Assembly (NCBI GenBank): GCA_902591045.1
Contig: CACIZC010000003.1
Coordinates: forward strand, 29,568 to 93,567
Source: an uncultured Pelagibacteraceae bacterium
GTDB lineage: Bacteria > Pseudomonadota > Alphaproteobacteria > Pelagibacterales > Pelagibacteraceae
Length of the DNA: 64,000 bases
Direction: 5' to 3'
Both the position numbers and the translations under genes were made by a program. Every line of letters starts with the position of its first letter. Position 1 is the first letter of the stretch. Of this stretch, positions 13,636 through 24,506 are shown one piece after another. The notes below the pieces were generated by a model. It searched no databases. It was given only the letters and a program-made list of their open reading frames with translations, and had not been told where the DNA came from.

Positions 13636-14967
13636 TTATTTTATTGATCTCTTAATTATTTTTATACATTTTAAAATTAAACTTTTATCGTGTGACTCGG
13701 CCATAATTCTAATTTTTGGTTCTGTTCCAGATTTTCTGACTAAAATTCTTCCGTTATAACTCATAAGTTTATTGGCTTTTTTAATTGCGTTTTTACATTT
13801 AGACTTATTAATAATGTTTTTATCTTTCACAACAACATTCTCTAAAATTTGTGGTAAAGGTTTAAAAACATTTAGTAACTTGCTGGCTTTTTTTCCTTTT
13901 CTTAAAGAAAATAAAACTTCTAATGCGACCATCAATCCATCGCCGGTTGTTGCAAATTTACCCAAAATTATATGGCCAGATTGCTCTCCTCCTAAATTAA
14001 AATTAAATCTTTTCATTTTTTCCTTAACATATCTGTCCCCTACTTTAGATCTAAAAAATCTTATTTTTTCATTTTTTAAAAATTTTTCTAAGCCATAATT
14101 AGACATTAAAGTTCCAATTACACCGCCTCTCAAAATTCTTTTTGATTTCCATCTGTTTGCAAGCATTGCAATAATCTGGTCTCCATCTACAATTTTTCCA
14201 TTTTCATCACACATAATAATTCTGTCCGCGTCTCCATCAAAAGAAATGCCTACATGTGCTCTAAATTTTTTAACAGCTGATTTAATTTTGGATGGATAAG
14301 TTGATCCACACTTTTGATTGATATTCAAACCATTAGGTTTTACACCAATAGAGATAACTTTTGCTCCAAGTTCTTTTAGGAGTTTTGGTGCTGCTTTATA
14401 ACAGGCGCCATTAGCACAATCTAAAACTATTTTTGTTCCTCTTAAGTGAAAATTACTTGGAAAATTTTTTTTCAAAATTTTAATATATTTATCGTTCCCA
14501 TCTTCTAATCTTTTCACTCTGCCTAATAACTTCGGATCTGTAAGCTGTTTTGTGTTTTTCGCGTCTATCAGTTTTTCAATTTTTTTTTCTATTTTGTCAG
14601 AAAGTTTCATGCCGTCTGGTCCAAACAATTTTAAACCATTATCATAATAAGGATTGTGTGATGCTGTAATCATTATGCCCATATTAGCCTTCATTGACTT
14701 TGTCAGCATTGCAAGACCATTGGTTGGTAAGGGCCCTAATGTAAAAACATGCATTCCACCTGACACTAGACCTGATACTAGAGCAGGCTCTAAAGTATAT
14801 CCTGACAATCTTGTGTCCTTAGCTATAATTGCAATTTGTTTTGATTTTTTTTGATTTTTAAAAAATGTTCCAGATGCTAAACCAAATTTAAAAAACTTCT
14901 CACCGGTAATATTGCCCTGGTTTACTGTACCCCTAATGCCATCTGTTCCAAAATATTTATTTTTCAT
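13636..14967 (-). CDS. glmM: phosphoglucosamine mutase
   Basis: 443 aa with YFGTDGIRG, the phosphoserine loop ITASHNP and FDGDADR. Confidence 0.95.
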   Translation of the reverse strand: MKNKYFGTDGIRGTVNQGNITGEKFFKFGLASGTFFKNQKKSKQIAIIAKDTRLSGYTLEPALVSGLVSGGMHVFTLGPLPTNGLAMLTKSMKANMGIMITASHNPYYDNGLKLFGPDGMKLSDKIEKKIEKLIDAKNTKQLTDPKLLGRVKRLEDGNDKYIKILKKNFPSNFHLRGTKIVLDCANGACYKAAPKLLKELGAKVISIGVKPNGLNINQKCGSTYPSKIKSAVKKFRAHVGISFDGDADRIIMCDENGKIVDGDQIIAMLANRWKSKRILRGGVIGTLMSNYGLEKFLKNEKIRFFRSKVGDRYVKEKMKRFNFNLGGEQSGHIILGKFATTGDGLMVALEVLFSLRKGKKASKLLNVFKPLPQILENVVVKDKNIINKSKCKNAIKKANKLMSYNGRILVRKSGTEPKIRIMAESHDKSLILKCIKIIKRSIK

Positions 14968-16028
14968 TGATTCGATAAAATTTTTTCAAATACTAAAATG
15001 CCTTGTTTCACCTCATTAACATTATGGACTCTAAAAATCTGCACTCCTTGTGACAATAAAAAAAGAACTGAAGCCAATGTTCCGCCTGTTCTATCTTTGC
15101 TATCATATTTTCCAGATATTTGATTAATAAATCTTTTTCTTGAAGTTCCAACCAAAATAGGAAAGCCAAGACTATGAAACAAAGATATTTTAGAAATTAA
15201 AGTCAAATTATGTTTCAAAGTTTTACCAAACCCAATCCCTGGATCTATAATAATTTTATTATCAGTAAACTTTTGGTTAATATTTTTCTCAAAAAAATCG
15301 TAAATATCTAGTAAAACATTCTCATACTTTGGTTTTATTTGCATAGTATTTGGGGTGCCTTGCATGTGATGAAGAACTTTGGAGATATTTGTTCCATCTA
15401 ACTCAAACAGTGAATAATTATCAAAGTTAAATCCAGAGACATCGTTTATTAAATCTGCTCCATATTTAATACTTTTAGACATTATCTCTGATTTCCTTGT
15501 GTCTACTGACAAACAAACTGATTTATATTTTTTTTTAAATTTCTTTATAACATTTTGGATTCTTTTCCACTCTATTTTTGAAGGTATAGTTTTTGATCCA
15601 GGTCTAGTTGACTCTCCGCCAATATCAATTATTTTTGCACCAGAATTGATCATATTTGATATATGTTTGAATGCCTCGTTATGATTATAGAACTTTCCTC
15701 CATCTGAAAAACTATCTGGTGTAAGATTTAAAACGCCCATAATTGAAGGTTTTGAAAAATCAACGTGTTTTAAAAAATTTTTTCTTTTTTTAGTGATTTT
15801 TTCTAAATCTTTTTTAATGACTTTTCTGGCTTTTATATTAATTCTATTTATATTTTTAAAATAAATAAAGTTACTTTCTATTTTTCTCCCGCTTCTAGTA
15901 AATAACTCGATTGTATCAAAAGCTATATTTTTTCTTCCATTTAATGGAAGAGCTTTGCTTGAATTAACAAGTTTTTTTGCTACACCCCCGTGATAAAAAT
16001 TACACGGTCTAGTGTAATATTTTCTCAT
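14964..16028 (-). CDS. folP: dihydropteroate synthase with an N-terminal extension of about 90 aa
   Basis: The pterin-binding domain begins at IMGVLNLTPDSFSDGG. The 354-aa length exceeds the typical ~280 aa. Confidence 0.88.
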   Translation of the reverse strand: MRKYYTRPCNFYHGGVAKKLVNSSKALPLNGRKNIAFDTIELFTRSGRKIESNFIYFKNINRINIKARKVIKKDLEKITKKRKNFLKHVDFSKPSIMGVLNLTPDSFSDGGKFYNHNEAFKHISNMINSGAKIIDIGGESTRPGSKTIPSKIEWKRIQNVIKKFKKKYKSVCLSVDTRKSEIMSKSIKYGADLINDVSGFNFDNYSLFELDGTNISKVLHHMQGTPNTMQIKPKYENVLLDIYDFFEKNINQKFTDNKIIIDPGIGFGKTLKHNLTLISKISLFHSLGFPILVGTSRKRFINQISGKYDSKDRTGGTLASVLFLLSQGVQIFRVHNVNEVKQGILVFEKILSNQ

Positions 16029-16037
16029 GCTTTTTTA

Positions 16038-17933
16038 TTATAGTGCTGGTTTTGGCTTTAAACCAATAGAATCTATGGCCGATGATACATTTTCATCGTC
16101 CTTGTCCTCTTTTTTAGAAAGTTTCTCAGGCTGTATATTTTTTAAAATTAAATCTCTAATTTCATCGCCTGTTAATGTTTCATAAACAAGTAATGCCTTG
16201 GCAAGCTTATGAAGGTCGTCTAATTTTTCTGTCAAAACTTGTTTTGCTCTGTCATAACTAATGTTGATTATTTTTTTAACCTCTGCATCTACCTTTTTAG
16301 CAGTTTCTTCTGACATGTGTTGTTGTCTTGCTATTTGTCTGCCAAGAAATACTTCGTCTTCATTATCCCCATATGCTACAGGACCAAGATCTTTACTCAT
16401 ACCATATTTAGTCACCATGTTTTTTGCCATTTTAGTGGCCATATCAATATCAGATGATGCTCCGGAAGTTATCTTCTCATAACCAAAAATTAATTCTTCA
16501 GCAATTCTGCCTCCCATTGCTACAGCAATATCTGAGTACATTTTCTCCCTTGTAACTGATAGCTGGTCTCTTTCAGGTAATCTCATAACCATACCTAACG
16601 CTCTTCCTCTTGGTATAATTGTGGCTTTGTGTATAGGATCAGATGCTTTTTCATTTAGCGCAACAATAGCATGACCACCTTCGTGATATGCAGTAAGTTT
16701 TTTTTCTTCCTCTGTCATTACCATTGATCTTCTTTCAGCTCCCATCATCACCTTATCTTTTGCTTCTTCAATATCCGACATGGTAACAACTCTTTTATTT
16801 TTTCTAGCTGCCAATAAGGCTGACTCGTTAACTAAATTTGCTAAATCAGCTCCAGAAAAACCTGGAGTTCCTCTTGCAATAGTTCTTAATTTTACATCAG
16901 GGCCAGTACTAATTTTTTTAATATGTACTTTTAGAATTGCTTCTCTTCCAAGAATATCTGGATTTGGAACTACTACCTGTCTATCAAATCTTCCTGGTCT
17001 TAAAAGAGCAGGATCCAAAACATCTGGTCTATTTGTTGCTGCTATTAAAATAATTCCTTCATTAGTATCGAAACCATCCATCTCAACTAAAAGCTGGTTT
17101 AAAGTTTGTTCTCTTTCGTCATTTCCTCCGCCTAAGCCAGCGCCTCTACTTCTTCCAACAGCATCTATTTCATCAATAAAAATTATACATGGTGCATGTT
17201 TTTTTCCTTGTTCAAACATGTCTCTAACTCTGGACGCGCCTACTCCAACAAACATTTCAACAAAGTCTGAACCAGATATAGTAAAAAAAGGAACGTTTGC
17301 TTCGCCAGCAATTGCTTTGGCCAAAAGAGTTTTTCCTGTTCCTGGAGGACCTATCAAAAGTGCGCCTTTTGGAATTTTTCCACCAAGTTTTCTAAATTTT
17401 TTTGGATCTTTTAGGAAGTCAACAATTTCCTCTACCTCTTCTTTTGCCTCTTCAATCCCGGCAACATCATTGAATGTAACTTTTCCATGTGCTTCTGTAA
17501 GTAGTTTGGCTTTTGATTTTCCAAAACCCATAGCGCCGCCTCTTCCGCCTTGCATCTGGCGCATAAAAAATATCCAAACTCCAATTAGCAACAACATAGG
17601 AAACCATGATAAAAGGACTCCGAGTAATGAAGGCATTTTATCTTCTACAGGTGCAGCAACTATATTTACATTTTTGTCTGAAAGTTTTTCAACTAGATCA
17701 GGATAATTTGGAGAGTAAGTGCTGAATTTAGAACCATCAGACATTACTCCTGTAATATTATTTCCTTGTATTTTAACTTCTACAACTCTACCATTATCAA
17801 CTTCTTCAAGAAATTTTGAAAATGCAACTTTGTTGTTGACTGAATCAACTCTGCTTGGATTTTGAAAAAGGTTAAATAGTCCAACCGACAATAGGACTAT
17901 TAAACCCCACATTATAATATTTCTAAAATTCAT
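16038..17933 (-). CDS. ftsH: ATP-dependent zinc metalloprotease FtsH
   Basis: 631 aa with an N-terminal TM, Walker A GPPGTGKT, an SRH region and the zinc motif HEGGH. Confidence 0.97.
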   Translation of the reverse strand: MNFRNIIMWGLIVLLSVGLFNLFQNPSRVDSVNNKVAFSKFLEEVDNGRVVEVKIQGNNITGVMSDGSKFSTYSPNYPDLVEKLSDKNVNIVAAPVEDKMPSLLGVLLSWFPMLLLIGVWIFFMRQMQGGRGGAMGFGKSKAKLLTEAHGKVTFNDVAGIEEAKEEVEEIVDFLKDPKKFRKLGGKIPKGALLIGPPGTGKTLLAKAIAGEANVPFFTISGSDFVEMFVGVGASRVRDMFEQGKKHAPCIIFIDEIDAVGRSRGAGLGGGNDEREQTLNQLLVEMDGFDTNEGIILIAATNRPDVLDPALLRPGRFDRQVVVPNPDILGREAILKVHIKKISTGPDVKLRTIARGTPGFSGADLANLVNESALLAARKNKRVVTMSDIEEAKDKVMMGAERRSMVMTEEEKKLTAYHEGGHAIVALNEKASDPIHKATIIPRGRALGMVMRLPERDQLSVTREKMYSDIAVAMGGRIAEELIFGYEKITSGASSDIDMATKMAKNMVTKYGMSKDLGPVAYGDNEDEVFLGRQIARQQHMSEETAKKVDAEVKKIINISYDRAKQVLTEKLDDLHKLAKALLVYETLTGDEIRDLILKNIQPEKLSKKEDKDDENVSSAIDSIGLKPKPAL

Positions 17934-18050
17934 ACTTTATAAATAGTTATTTTTTAAATTTTAACAAGTGACAATAAGCAACATATAATAAAAAAAATTG
18001 TTTAAAATATGTAGTTTTTGGGTGAAAACTCAACAATTTAAATAAAATTG

Positions 18051-19073
18051 TTAAAATTCTCTGGATACATATAGCAGGTTCTTCTTCCTCTCAAAAATAC
18101 ATCCTCCAAGAGTACATTTTTTGTTACTTTTGCTTTGAAAACGATTTATCAAATTTAACACTTTTCTAGATCTAGGAGGATAATAAGATTTTGCTCTTTC
18201 TTTAACAATGCTATTAATGATTTTAAATTTTATTTCTTTTGGTTCTTTTCTAAAAATATTTAAATTTAAAATAGTCTCATTTTTATTAAATCTGACAGAT
18301 TGTTTTATAGATTTCTCAACATAAAAATTTATAGCATCCTTAGTAGACGATATATTTTTTATAGATTGAATTATTTTTTCCAAATTAAGCCCTTTATTTT
18401 CAAGAATTTTTTTTAATTGTCTTATATTGGTTCTTAAAAATCTTTTATTTCTGTTGCTTGGATCCTTAAAAGTCTTACCAAAAGCTTTTTTAGCAACATG
18501 ACTTAGAGTGGCTTTTTCAAATTCTAATAAAGGTCTAATTAAATTAACCCCTCCTTTAAGTTTAGTTTTCTCACTCATTGAAGAGAGACCTTCCACGCCA
18601 CTACCTCTAGAAAGTCTTATTAAAAATGTCTCTATTTGATCATCTTTATGATGGCCTACAAGAAGTGATTTTGCTTTATTTTTTTTGCAAAACTTAACTA
18701 GTATATTATATCTTAAATCTCTTGCTTGCTTTTGAATATTGCTAGTAATTTTTCGTCTATTTCTTAAAATCTTTAGGTTGATGCCTTTAGACTTCAATAT
18801 TTTATAAACCTGCTTAGCCTCTGAGTATGAATCTTTCCTTATACCATGATCTACAAGAACAAAAAAAAATTTATATTTTTTTTCTTTCATTAAGAAATAA
18901 CTCAATACACTAAGAGCCATGCTGTCAGGACCTCCTGAAACAGCAACTACAAAGGTATTATTGCTTTTATGTTTTAAAATTACTGATTTGAATTTTGAGT
19001 ATAATTCTTTGATTTGGATATCTTGGGTTAAAATTCGCTTATGCCTTTGAACATTTAAATTTTTTCTTCTCAT
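18051..19073 (-). CDS. tilS: tRNA(Ile)-lysidine synthase
   Basis: 340 aa with the PP-loop VAVSGGPDS. Located between ftsH and tol-pal, as in many alphaproteobacteria. Confidence 0.85.
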   Translation of the reverse strand: MRRKNLNVQRHKRILTQDIQIKELYSKFKSVILKHKSNNTFVVAVSGGPDSMALSVLSYFLMKEKKYKFFFVLVDHGIRKDSYSEAKQVYKILKSKGINLKILRNRRKITSNIQKQARDLRYNILVKFCKKNKAKSLLVGHHKDDQIETFLIRLSRGSGVEGLSSMSEKTKLKGGVNLIRPLLEFEKATLSHVAKKAFGKTFKDPSNRNKRFLRTNIRQLKKILENKGLNLEKIIQSIKNISSTKDAINFYVEKSIKQSVRFNKNETILNLNIFRKEPKEIKFKIINSIVKERAKSYYPPRSRKVLNLINRFQSKSNKKCTLGGCIFERKKNLLYVSREF

Positions 19074-20007
19074 ACTCAGCTTTTTGTAGCACAGACTTGC
19101 TTGCTTTTGGATATTCTTTTTTTACTCCCAAAATCATTAAACAACCTTGCTCTTTTTCACCAAGCTGTACAAGTGTAGTTCCTAATTTTAACAAATTAAT
19201 TGGAGCTTTTTTACTTTTAGGATAGTTTTGATAGCCGTCTAGATAAGCTGCTGCTGCATCTTGATAAAGTTGTCTTACTCTAAATGTTTCTCCATACCAA
19301 TATTGAGCACTACCTGCTAATTTATTATCTTTATTTTTGTCAATGAATTCTTTAAGAGCAAATTCAGCTGTTTCATAATCTCCAACTTTAATAAAACTTA
19401 CAGCAAAATTATATTGTTCCTTTGCAGGTTTGTTTGGTAGTAAAGATTTTGTCATTGGGGACTTTTCTGTAACAACTAGTCCTGCTGACTCAACCGACTG
19501 AGTTTGTTGTACTTGATTTATAGCATCAAGATCGCTATCGGATATTCTTCCTAAATCTTGTGCTGGCGATGTTCCTGGTAAAAGTTTTTTCTTTTTAGCA
19601 ACTTTACTTGTCTCTCGCGTAGTAATAACACCTGACTCTAAATCGCTAAATCTTAATTGGTTATCTGCCTGAATCTTTGTAAGTCTTTTGGATAGTTTGT
19701 CTATTTTGAAATTTATTTCCTCGTACTTATTTGTAACTTCTCTAAATTGTTCTTCAATTTCATTTAGTCTAATTAGATGTCTTGTTAAAATATCTTCATT
19801 TAAATCATTTGGTTTAATTTTTGATGTTTTGATTTCAGAAGTTTTATAAAAAGCTTTTTCCAGGGTTTTTAAATCTTTCATAATTTGTTGGATTTGTGCG
19901 CTTGTTTCAACATCCTCTTCCTCTGCTTTAATGGTAGAGATAAAAAGAAGTGAAATAACGGCAAAACTAAAAAGCAATTTAACCAAAATTGTTTTTTTAA
20001 GAATCAT
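19039..20007 (-). CDS. cpoB: Tol-Pal system protein CpoB/YbgF
   Basis: Signal-like N-terminus, a coiled-coil, and a C-terminal TPR region (YWYGETF...YPKSKKAPINLLKLG). I chose the internal Met start (MILKK, 20007) because the track's longer ORF (to 20037) runs into the terminator U-tract. Confidence 0.75.
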   Translation of the reverse strand: MILKKTILVKLLFSFAVISLLFISTIKAEEEDVETSAQIQQIMKDLKTLEKAFYKTSEIKTSKIKPNDLNEDILTRHLIRLNEIEEQFREVTNKYEEINFKIDKLSKRLTKIQADNQLRFSDLESGVITTRETSKVAKKKKLLPGTSPAQDLGRISDSDLDAINQVQQTQSVESAGLVVTEKSPMTKSLLPNKPAKEQYNFAVSFIKVGDYETAEFALKEFIDKNKDNKLAGSAQYWYGETFRVRQLYQDAAAAYLDGYQNYPKSKKAPINLLKLGTTLVQLGEKEQGCLMILGVKKEYPKASKSVLQKAEYEKKKFKCSKA

Positions 20008-20035
20008 TAGATAGTTTTTATTTTCACAAGATGGC

Positions 20036-20080
20036 AAAAAAAAGACCCCATCATTTTAACAATAAAACATGGGGTCTTTT
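20036..20080 (-). terminator. rho-independent terminator downstream of pal
   Basis: Perfect 12-bp inverted repeat AAAAGACCCCAT (20040-20051) / ATGGGGTCTTTT (20069-20080), with extra TTTTA/TAAAA pairing in the loop. On the minus-strand transcript it is followed by a run of at least 8 U. Confidence 0.65.
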
Positions 20081-20092
20081 AAATTCTTTTAT

Positions 20093-20569
20093 TTAATTAG
20101 CTTTAACTGTAACAGATCGTCTGTTCATCGAGTATGCTAATGGACTTGATGCTGGATTTGCAGGTCTTTCTTTCCCGTAGCTAATAACTGAAATTCTTTT
20201 TCCAGAAATTCCATAAGTCATTAGATAATCCTTTGCTGCATTAGCTCTTCTTTCGCCTAACGCTAAGTTATATTCTCTAGTACCTCTTTCGTCGGCATGT
20301 CCTTCAACAGTAACAGTTATGTTTTTGTTTTTTCTTAACCATGTAGCTTGCTTTCTTAAAGTATCTCTAGCTGCAGTGGTAAGACTTGATTTGTTCGTAG
20401 CAAAGAACACTCTGTCTGGAACACCTTTTGCTAAATACTCAACTGTTTCAGTTCCAGTGTAAACATCGTTCATAGTACCAACAGATTTTTTAGCTGTTGA
20501 ACATGCTGACAACACCAAAGTGCCTAACAGAACCATGAAGATATTTTTGACGTATTTATTAAATTTCAT
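20093..20569 (-). CDS. pal: peptidoglycan-associated lipoprotein Pal
   Basis: 158 aa with the lipobox LSAC and an OmpA-like domain (TVEGHADERGTREYNLALGERRA). Confidence 0.93.
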   Translation of the reverse strand: MKFNKYVKNIFMVLLGTLVLSACSTAKKSVGTMNDVYTGTETVEYLAKGVPDRVFFATNKSSLTTAARDTLRKQATWLRKNKNITVTVEGHADERGTREYNLALGERRANAAKDYLMTYGISGKRISVISYGKERPANPASSPLAYSMNRRSVTVKAN

Positions 20570-20674
20570 ACTCTCTCCTAAATATATTTAAGTAATTGTT
20601 AATATTTCAAATTTATCTGAATCTTTCAAGTGTAAAATTGTACCTTTAAACTCTAACTAATTTACATTTTTCCA

Positions 20675-22012
20675 TCACTTAGAAAGTAATGAGGACCAAG
20701 ATGGGTCGGAAGCATCGGTTTCTGTTTTGAGTTTTCTTTCATTATACCCCGTTATATCTATAGACCACAATTTTGCAGAAAAACCTTTTCCTTTACTGTC
20801 AGTTTTTGTTTCTCTGTAAAATATTAATACCCTTCCGTTTGGCGACCAAGATGGAGCCTCCTGATAAAAATTTTCAGTAAGAAGTCGTTCACCACTTCCA
20901 TCCGTTCTCATCACACCAATATAAAATCTTCCTTTTCTAACTTTTGTAAATGCTATTAAATCACCTCTTGGAGACCAAACTGGAGTTCCATATAAACCTG
21001 TTCCAAAAGTTACTCTTTTCACTCCTGTGCCATCACTTCTCATAACATAGATTTGTTGTATACCGCTTCTATCAGAATTAAAAGCGATGTATTTTCCGTC
21101 AGGTGAATAGGAAGGAGATGTATCAATCGAAGGATGGTTAGTTATTTTTTCTACAACTCTAGTATTTAAATCCATGGAATAGATATCTGAGTTTCCATCT
21201 TGAGCAAAACTCATAATAATTTTTTTTCCATCAGGAGAAAATCTTGGGGCAAATGTCATGCCTGGGAAGTTGCCAACCACTTCTTGTACACCTGTTTCTA
21301 TATCAAGTAAATAAACTCTAGGCATATTTTTAAAATAAGACATGTAAGTTACCAATTGATTTGTTGGATTAAATCTAGGTGTCAAAACTAACTCGTTGCC
21401 TAATGTAAGATATTTTGTATTAAAACCATCCTGGTCCATTAAAGCCAATTTTTTAATTCTCTGCCCTTTGGGTCCCGTTTCTGAAACATATATTATTCTT
21501 GTATCAAAATAACCTGACTCTCCTGTTAGTCTTTCATAAATTTTATCAGAAATAATATGTGCAACTCTTCTCCAATTTGCAGGGGTTGTTGTAAATGAAA
21601 GAGCAAGCATTTCTTTTGAAGCTGTTGTATCCCAAAGTCTAAATTCAGCTTTTAATTGATTTTCTTTTACAAGTATATTCCCTGTTACTAAAGCCTGCGC
21701 TTTGATTAATCTCCAATCTTCGAAACGTGGTTTTAAATGTGCTATATCTGGTTTTTGTACAAACGACTCTTTCTTAAGTGGATTAAAAAGTCCTGTAGAT
21801 TTAAAATTACTTTCAACTATTTTTGAAATTTCTTCTCCTAGTTTAGCTGTTTTAAATATTTCGAGTTTGTCTGATTTTGGGTCTACATATAAAGGTGAGA
21901 CTGCTATGGGTAATGGATCAAGATTACCTCTAGTGATGTCAACTTTTATTAAGCCATAAGAGTTTTTAATTCCAGCAATAAAAAGTAATAAAATAAAAAA
22001 TATTTTTTTCAT
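20675..22012 (-). CDS. tolB: Tol-Pal system beta-propeller protein TolB
   Basis: 445 aa with a signal peptide and repeated SPDG/SPNG propeller blades. Confidence 0.93.
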   Translation of the reverse strand: MKKIFFILLLFIAGIKNSYGLIKVDITRGNLDPLPIAVSPLYVDPKSDKLEIFKTAKLGEEISKIVESNFKSTGLFNPLKKESFVQKPDIAHLKPRFEDWRLIKAQALVTGNILVKENQLKAEFRLWDTTASKEMLALSFTTTPANWRRVAHIISDKIYERLTGESGYFDTRIIYVSETGPKGQRIKKLALMDQDGFNTKYLTLGNELVLTPRFNPTNQLVTYMSYFKNMPRVYLLDIETGVQEVVGNFPGMTFAPRFSPDGKKIIMSFAQDGNSDIYSMDLNTRVVEKITNHPSIDTSPSYSPDGKYIAFNSDRSGIQQIYVMRSDGTGVKRVTFGTGLYGTPVWSPRGDLIAFTKVRKGRFYIGVMRTDGSGERLLTENFYQEAPSWSPNGRVLIFYRETKTDSKGKGFSAKLWSIDITGYNERKLKTETDASDPSWSSLLSK

Positions 22013-22014
22013 AT

Positions 22015-22824
22015 TTATCCTTTAAGCATCTCAGTTGGATCAAAGTTTAACTGCAATTCTTTCCATTTTTCATATCCGGTAGGTGGAACTTTTAATGGCT
22101 GACAAATTCTAACTGCTCTTAAAGCGCTTTCGGCTAATACTTTATAGAAGCTTTGTCCAGGTGTATTCATTCTTGCATGGTCTAGAATTTCAGATTTTAA
22201 TATTGTTCCGTCAGGTTTTAATTTTAATTTTATTCGTACTAGTAATTGTTCATCATATGGTAAACCTAAAGGAACACTCCAACAGCCAAATATTTGAGCT
22301 CTAAGCGCATCTTCCTCTGATAAAGAAAGTCCTTTAGCAAAAGTATTCTTGACGTTGCTTTGGGTTAACTCATTACTTTTTCTTTCAGTTTCTGCCTCTT
22401 CTTCTTTAGCTTTATCTATTAAAGCTGCAATTTGATTAGGATCAAAAAGCTCTTTCTTTTCAAACTCAGAAGCTTGTCTAATCTGTGGTTTTATTTCTTC
22501 AGGATTTTGCTTCTTTTTAACCAATTCTCTTTTTTCATTTTTATCTTCTGGCATAGGAATTCTGTCAGGTTTTTCTTTTGCTCTATCAGCTGGTGGAGCT
22601 TGTTCAGAAACAACCCTTTCCTTTTCTTCTTTTTTAACTTTCTCAATAATTTTTCTAGCTTTGGGTGCGTACGGTAGGTTAGTTTTGTCTTTAATTTCTA
22701 TAAATTCTACTGAAACTAATGGTGGTAAATCTATTGGTTCACGAAGCATAAATGGAAGTGTTAAAGCCGTAATGTATATTAGAAAACCATGAAAAAAAAA
22801 TGAAAAAAATAATCCTCTGCTCAT
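22015..22824 (-). CDS. tolA: TolA-like protein (TM anchor, Lys/Glu/Pro-rich linker, TonB/TolA C-terminal domain)
   Basis: Sits between tolR and tolB. Has an N-terminal TM and a charged low-complexity middle segment. Confidence 0.65.
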   Translation of the reverse strand: MSRGLFFSFFFHGFLIYITALTLPFMLREPIDLPPLVSVEFIEIKDKTNLPYAPKARKIIEKVKKEEKERVVSEQAPPADRAKEKPDRIPMPEDKNEKRELVKKKQNPEEIKPQIRQASEFEKKELFDPNQIAALIDKAKEEEAETERKSNELTQSNVKNTFAKGLSLSEEDALRAQIFGCWSVPLGLPYDEQLLVRIKLKLKPDGTILKSEILDHARMNTPGQSFYKVLAESALRAVRICQPLKVPPTGYEKWKELQLNFDPTEMLKG

Positions 22825-22830
22825 ATGATC

Positions 22831-23244
22831 TCACTGTTTGTAAGGCTCTGATATCAATGCAACTTTGGAAAAACCTGCACCGGACAACCTTCCCATAACT
22901 TCTAATACCCTGCCATAATTTATTGTTTTGTCACCTCTAACATAGATTCTCGTATCAGTTCTGTTTTTTGCTATTGCCAATAATTTAGGAACTATTTTTT
23001 CAAAAGTTACTTGATGCTCTTGTATAAAAATTTCTCCCTTTGAATTTATGCTTATCGTTAAAGGTTCCTGATCGTCTGGCAAAGAGTCGGCTGCTGATTC
23101 TGGAAGATCAACTTGAACACCAACGGTTAGTAGTGGTGCGGTAACCATAAATATTATTAGGAGCACGAGCATTACGTCTACAAATGGGGTAACATTTATT
23201 TCGCTCATAGGTTCTTTTTTTGAGCGATTCATTATAAAGGCCAT
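22831..23244 (-). CDS. tolR: Tol-Pal system protein TolR (ExbD/TolR family)
   Basis: 137 aa with INVTPFVDVMLVLLIIFM. Confidence 0.87.
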   Translation of the reverse strand: MAFIMNRSKKEPMSEINVTPFVDVMLVLLIIFMVTAPLLTVGVQVDLPESAADSLPDDQEPLTISINSKGEIFIQEHQVTFEKIVPKLLAIAKNRTDTRIYVRGDKTINYGRVLEVMGRLSGAGFSKVALISEPYKQ

Positions 23245-23247
23245 AAA

Positions 23248-23928
23248 TTAAACTATTGATAAAAATCTTTTACAAAAATTATCTACTCTAGAAATATATC
23301 TTTGAGAGTCACTATTAAATTTATTGTATGCAATAACTGCAGGTATCGCTGCTAACAAACCTAGTGCAGTTGCAAAGAGAGCCTCGGCAATACCGGGAGC
23401 TACGATTGCTAAGCTTGTATTTCTTGAAATGGCTATAGACTGAAAAGAATTCATGATCCCCCATACAGTTCCGAACAAACCGATGAATGGAGCTGTTGAA
23501 CCTACTGTGGCTAAATATGTAAAATTTTTTTCAATATTCTTTACTTGAGAATCTATGGAAGTTTCAACAACTCTTTCTACTCTTACACTTTGTATTGCTG
23601 ATGATTTTGATCTTGTTTTAATAAGTTCTGCCATTGCAGATTTAAAAACTATTGTTAGAGGATCGTCTGTTTTACTTGGTAGATTTTTATACAGAGCTTC
23701 GGCTGATTTTGATTTCCAAAACTTATCTTCAAATAATTTTGTACTTTTATCTATTCTTTTAAAAAGTCTGTATTTATCAAAAATAAGAGCCCAAGAAAAA
23801 ATTGAGCTTGCAATTAAAATTATAATTACTGATTTTACGACAAAGTCAGCTCGTAAAAAAAGTTTCCATAAAGAGAAATCGGTCGAACCACCAAGACCAA
23901 CTACTTGAGTTGCAATTTCTTGTTCCAT
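23248..23928 (-). CDS. tolQ: Tol-Pal system protein TolQ (MotA/TolQ/ExbB family)
   Basis: 226 aa with three TM segments and APFIGLFGTVWGIM. Confidence 0.9.
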   Translation of the reverse strand: MEQEIATQVVGLGGSTDFSLWKLFLRADFVVKSVIIILIASSIFSWALIFDKYRLFKRIDKSTKLFEDKFWKSKSAEALYKNLPSKTDDPLTIVFKSAMAELIKTRSKSSAIQSVRVERVVETSIDSQVKNIEKNFTYLATVGSTAPFIGLFGTVWGIMNSFQSIAISRNTSLAIVAPGIAEALFATALGLLAAIPAVIAYNKFNSDSQRYISRVDNFCKRFLSIV

Positions 23929-23989
23929 GAAAGTTAATTACGTATAGAATGTGTCATCAATTTGGCATTAAAAACTTACTTTAATGGGA

Positions 23990-24496
23990 TTAAAGTTGGG
24001 TATCGCTAAAATATCTAGCAATTAAAATTGCATCGGCTTTGTTTGAGTCTTTTTTCTTAGATAGTTTATCAGATATATTGGGATAAATTTCTATTACCTT
24101 AGTTCTGCTAGCATCCTTATTGGTTTTAATAAGATTAAAATATTTTTTCCACTTCATAGGTCTAACAAAATAAATAGGCATTTTTAAAGCTGCACAAATT
24201 CCCTTTATTACACCAAAAGATTGACCAAAATTAAACATGCTGGTAACTCCTTGGCCAGGCATAGCTGTTACATGTTCAACAACAACTTTAACCTCGTCTT
24301 GTAATATAGCGTCAGGTGTCTTTAAATTTTCCCTTAAAACATGTTTAAAAATATTGGCAACCTCTGATCCATTAACCTGTCTTTTGTTTTTTTTTCCATC
24401 TATCATTGTGGGCATTTCATATACCTCTATGATTTTACCTTTTTTTAGGGCACATATTGCGCCACTTACACCAGGATCAATTCCAAAAATAATCAT
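23990..24496 (-). CDS. ruvC: RuvC-fold Holliday junction resolvase, divergent
   Basis: 168 aa with N-terminal IFGIDPG, an internal VEHV acidic residue and C-terminal KADAILIA. Sits downstream of yebC, where ruvC normally lies, but diverges from canonical RuvC. Confidence 0.55.
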   Translation of the reverse strand: MIIFGIDPGVSGAICALKKGKIIEVYEMPTMIDGKKNKRQVNGSEVANIFKHVLRENLKTPDAILQDEVKVVVEHVTAMPGQGVTSMFNFGQSFGVIKGICAALKMPIYFVRPMKWKKYFNLIKTNKDASRTKVIEIYPNISDKLSKKKDSNKADAILIARYFSDTQL

Positions 24497-24506
24497 TTTA
24501 TTTTAA

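Noticed and set aside
16780-17706. 308-aa ORF on the + strand. Similar cases occur at 143-376, 1629-1943, 13772-14098, 21702-21959, 23555-23908, 25673-26086, 38818-39393 and elsewhere.
   Set aside because: It lies entirely antisense to ftsH or other strongly conserved genes. The translations are low-complexity (Ser/Pro/Phe/Ile-rich) mirror images with no motifs, which makes them typical shadow ORFs.
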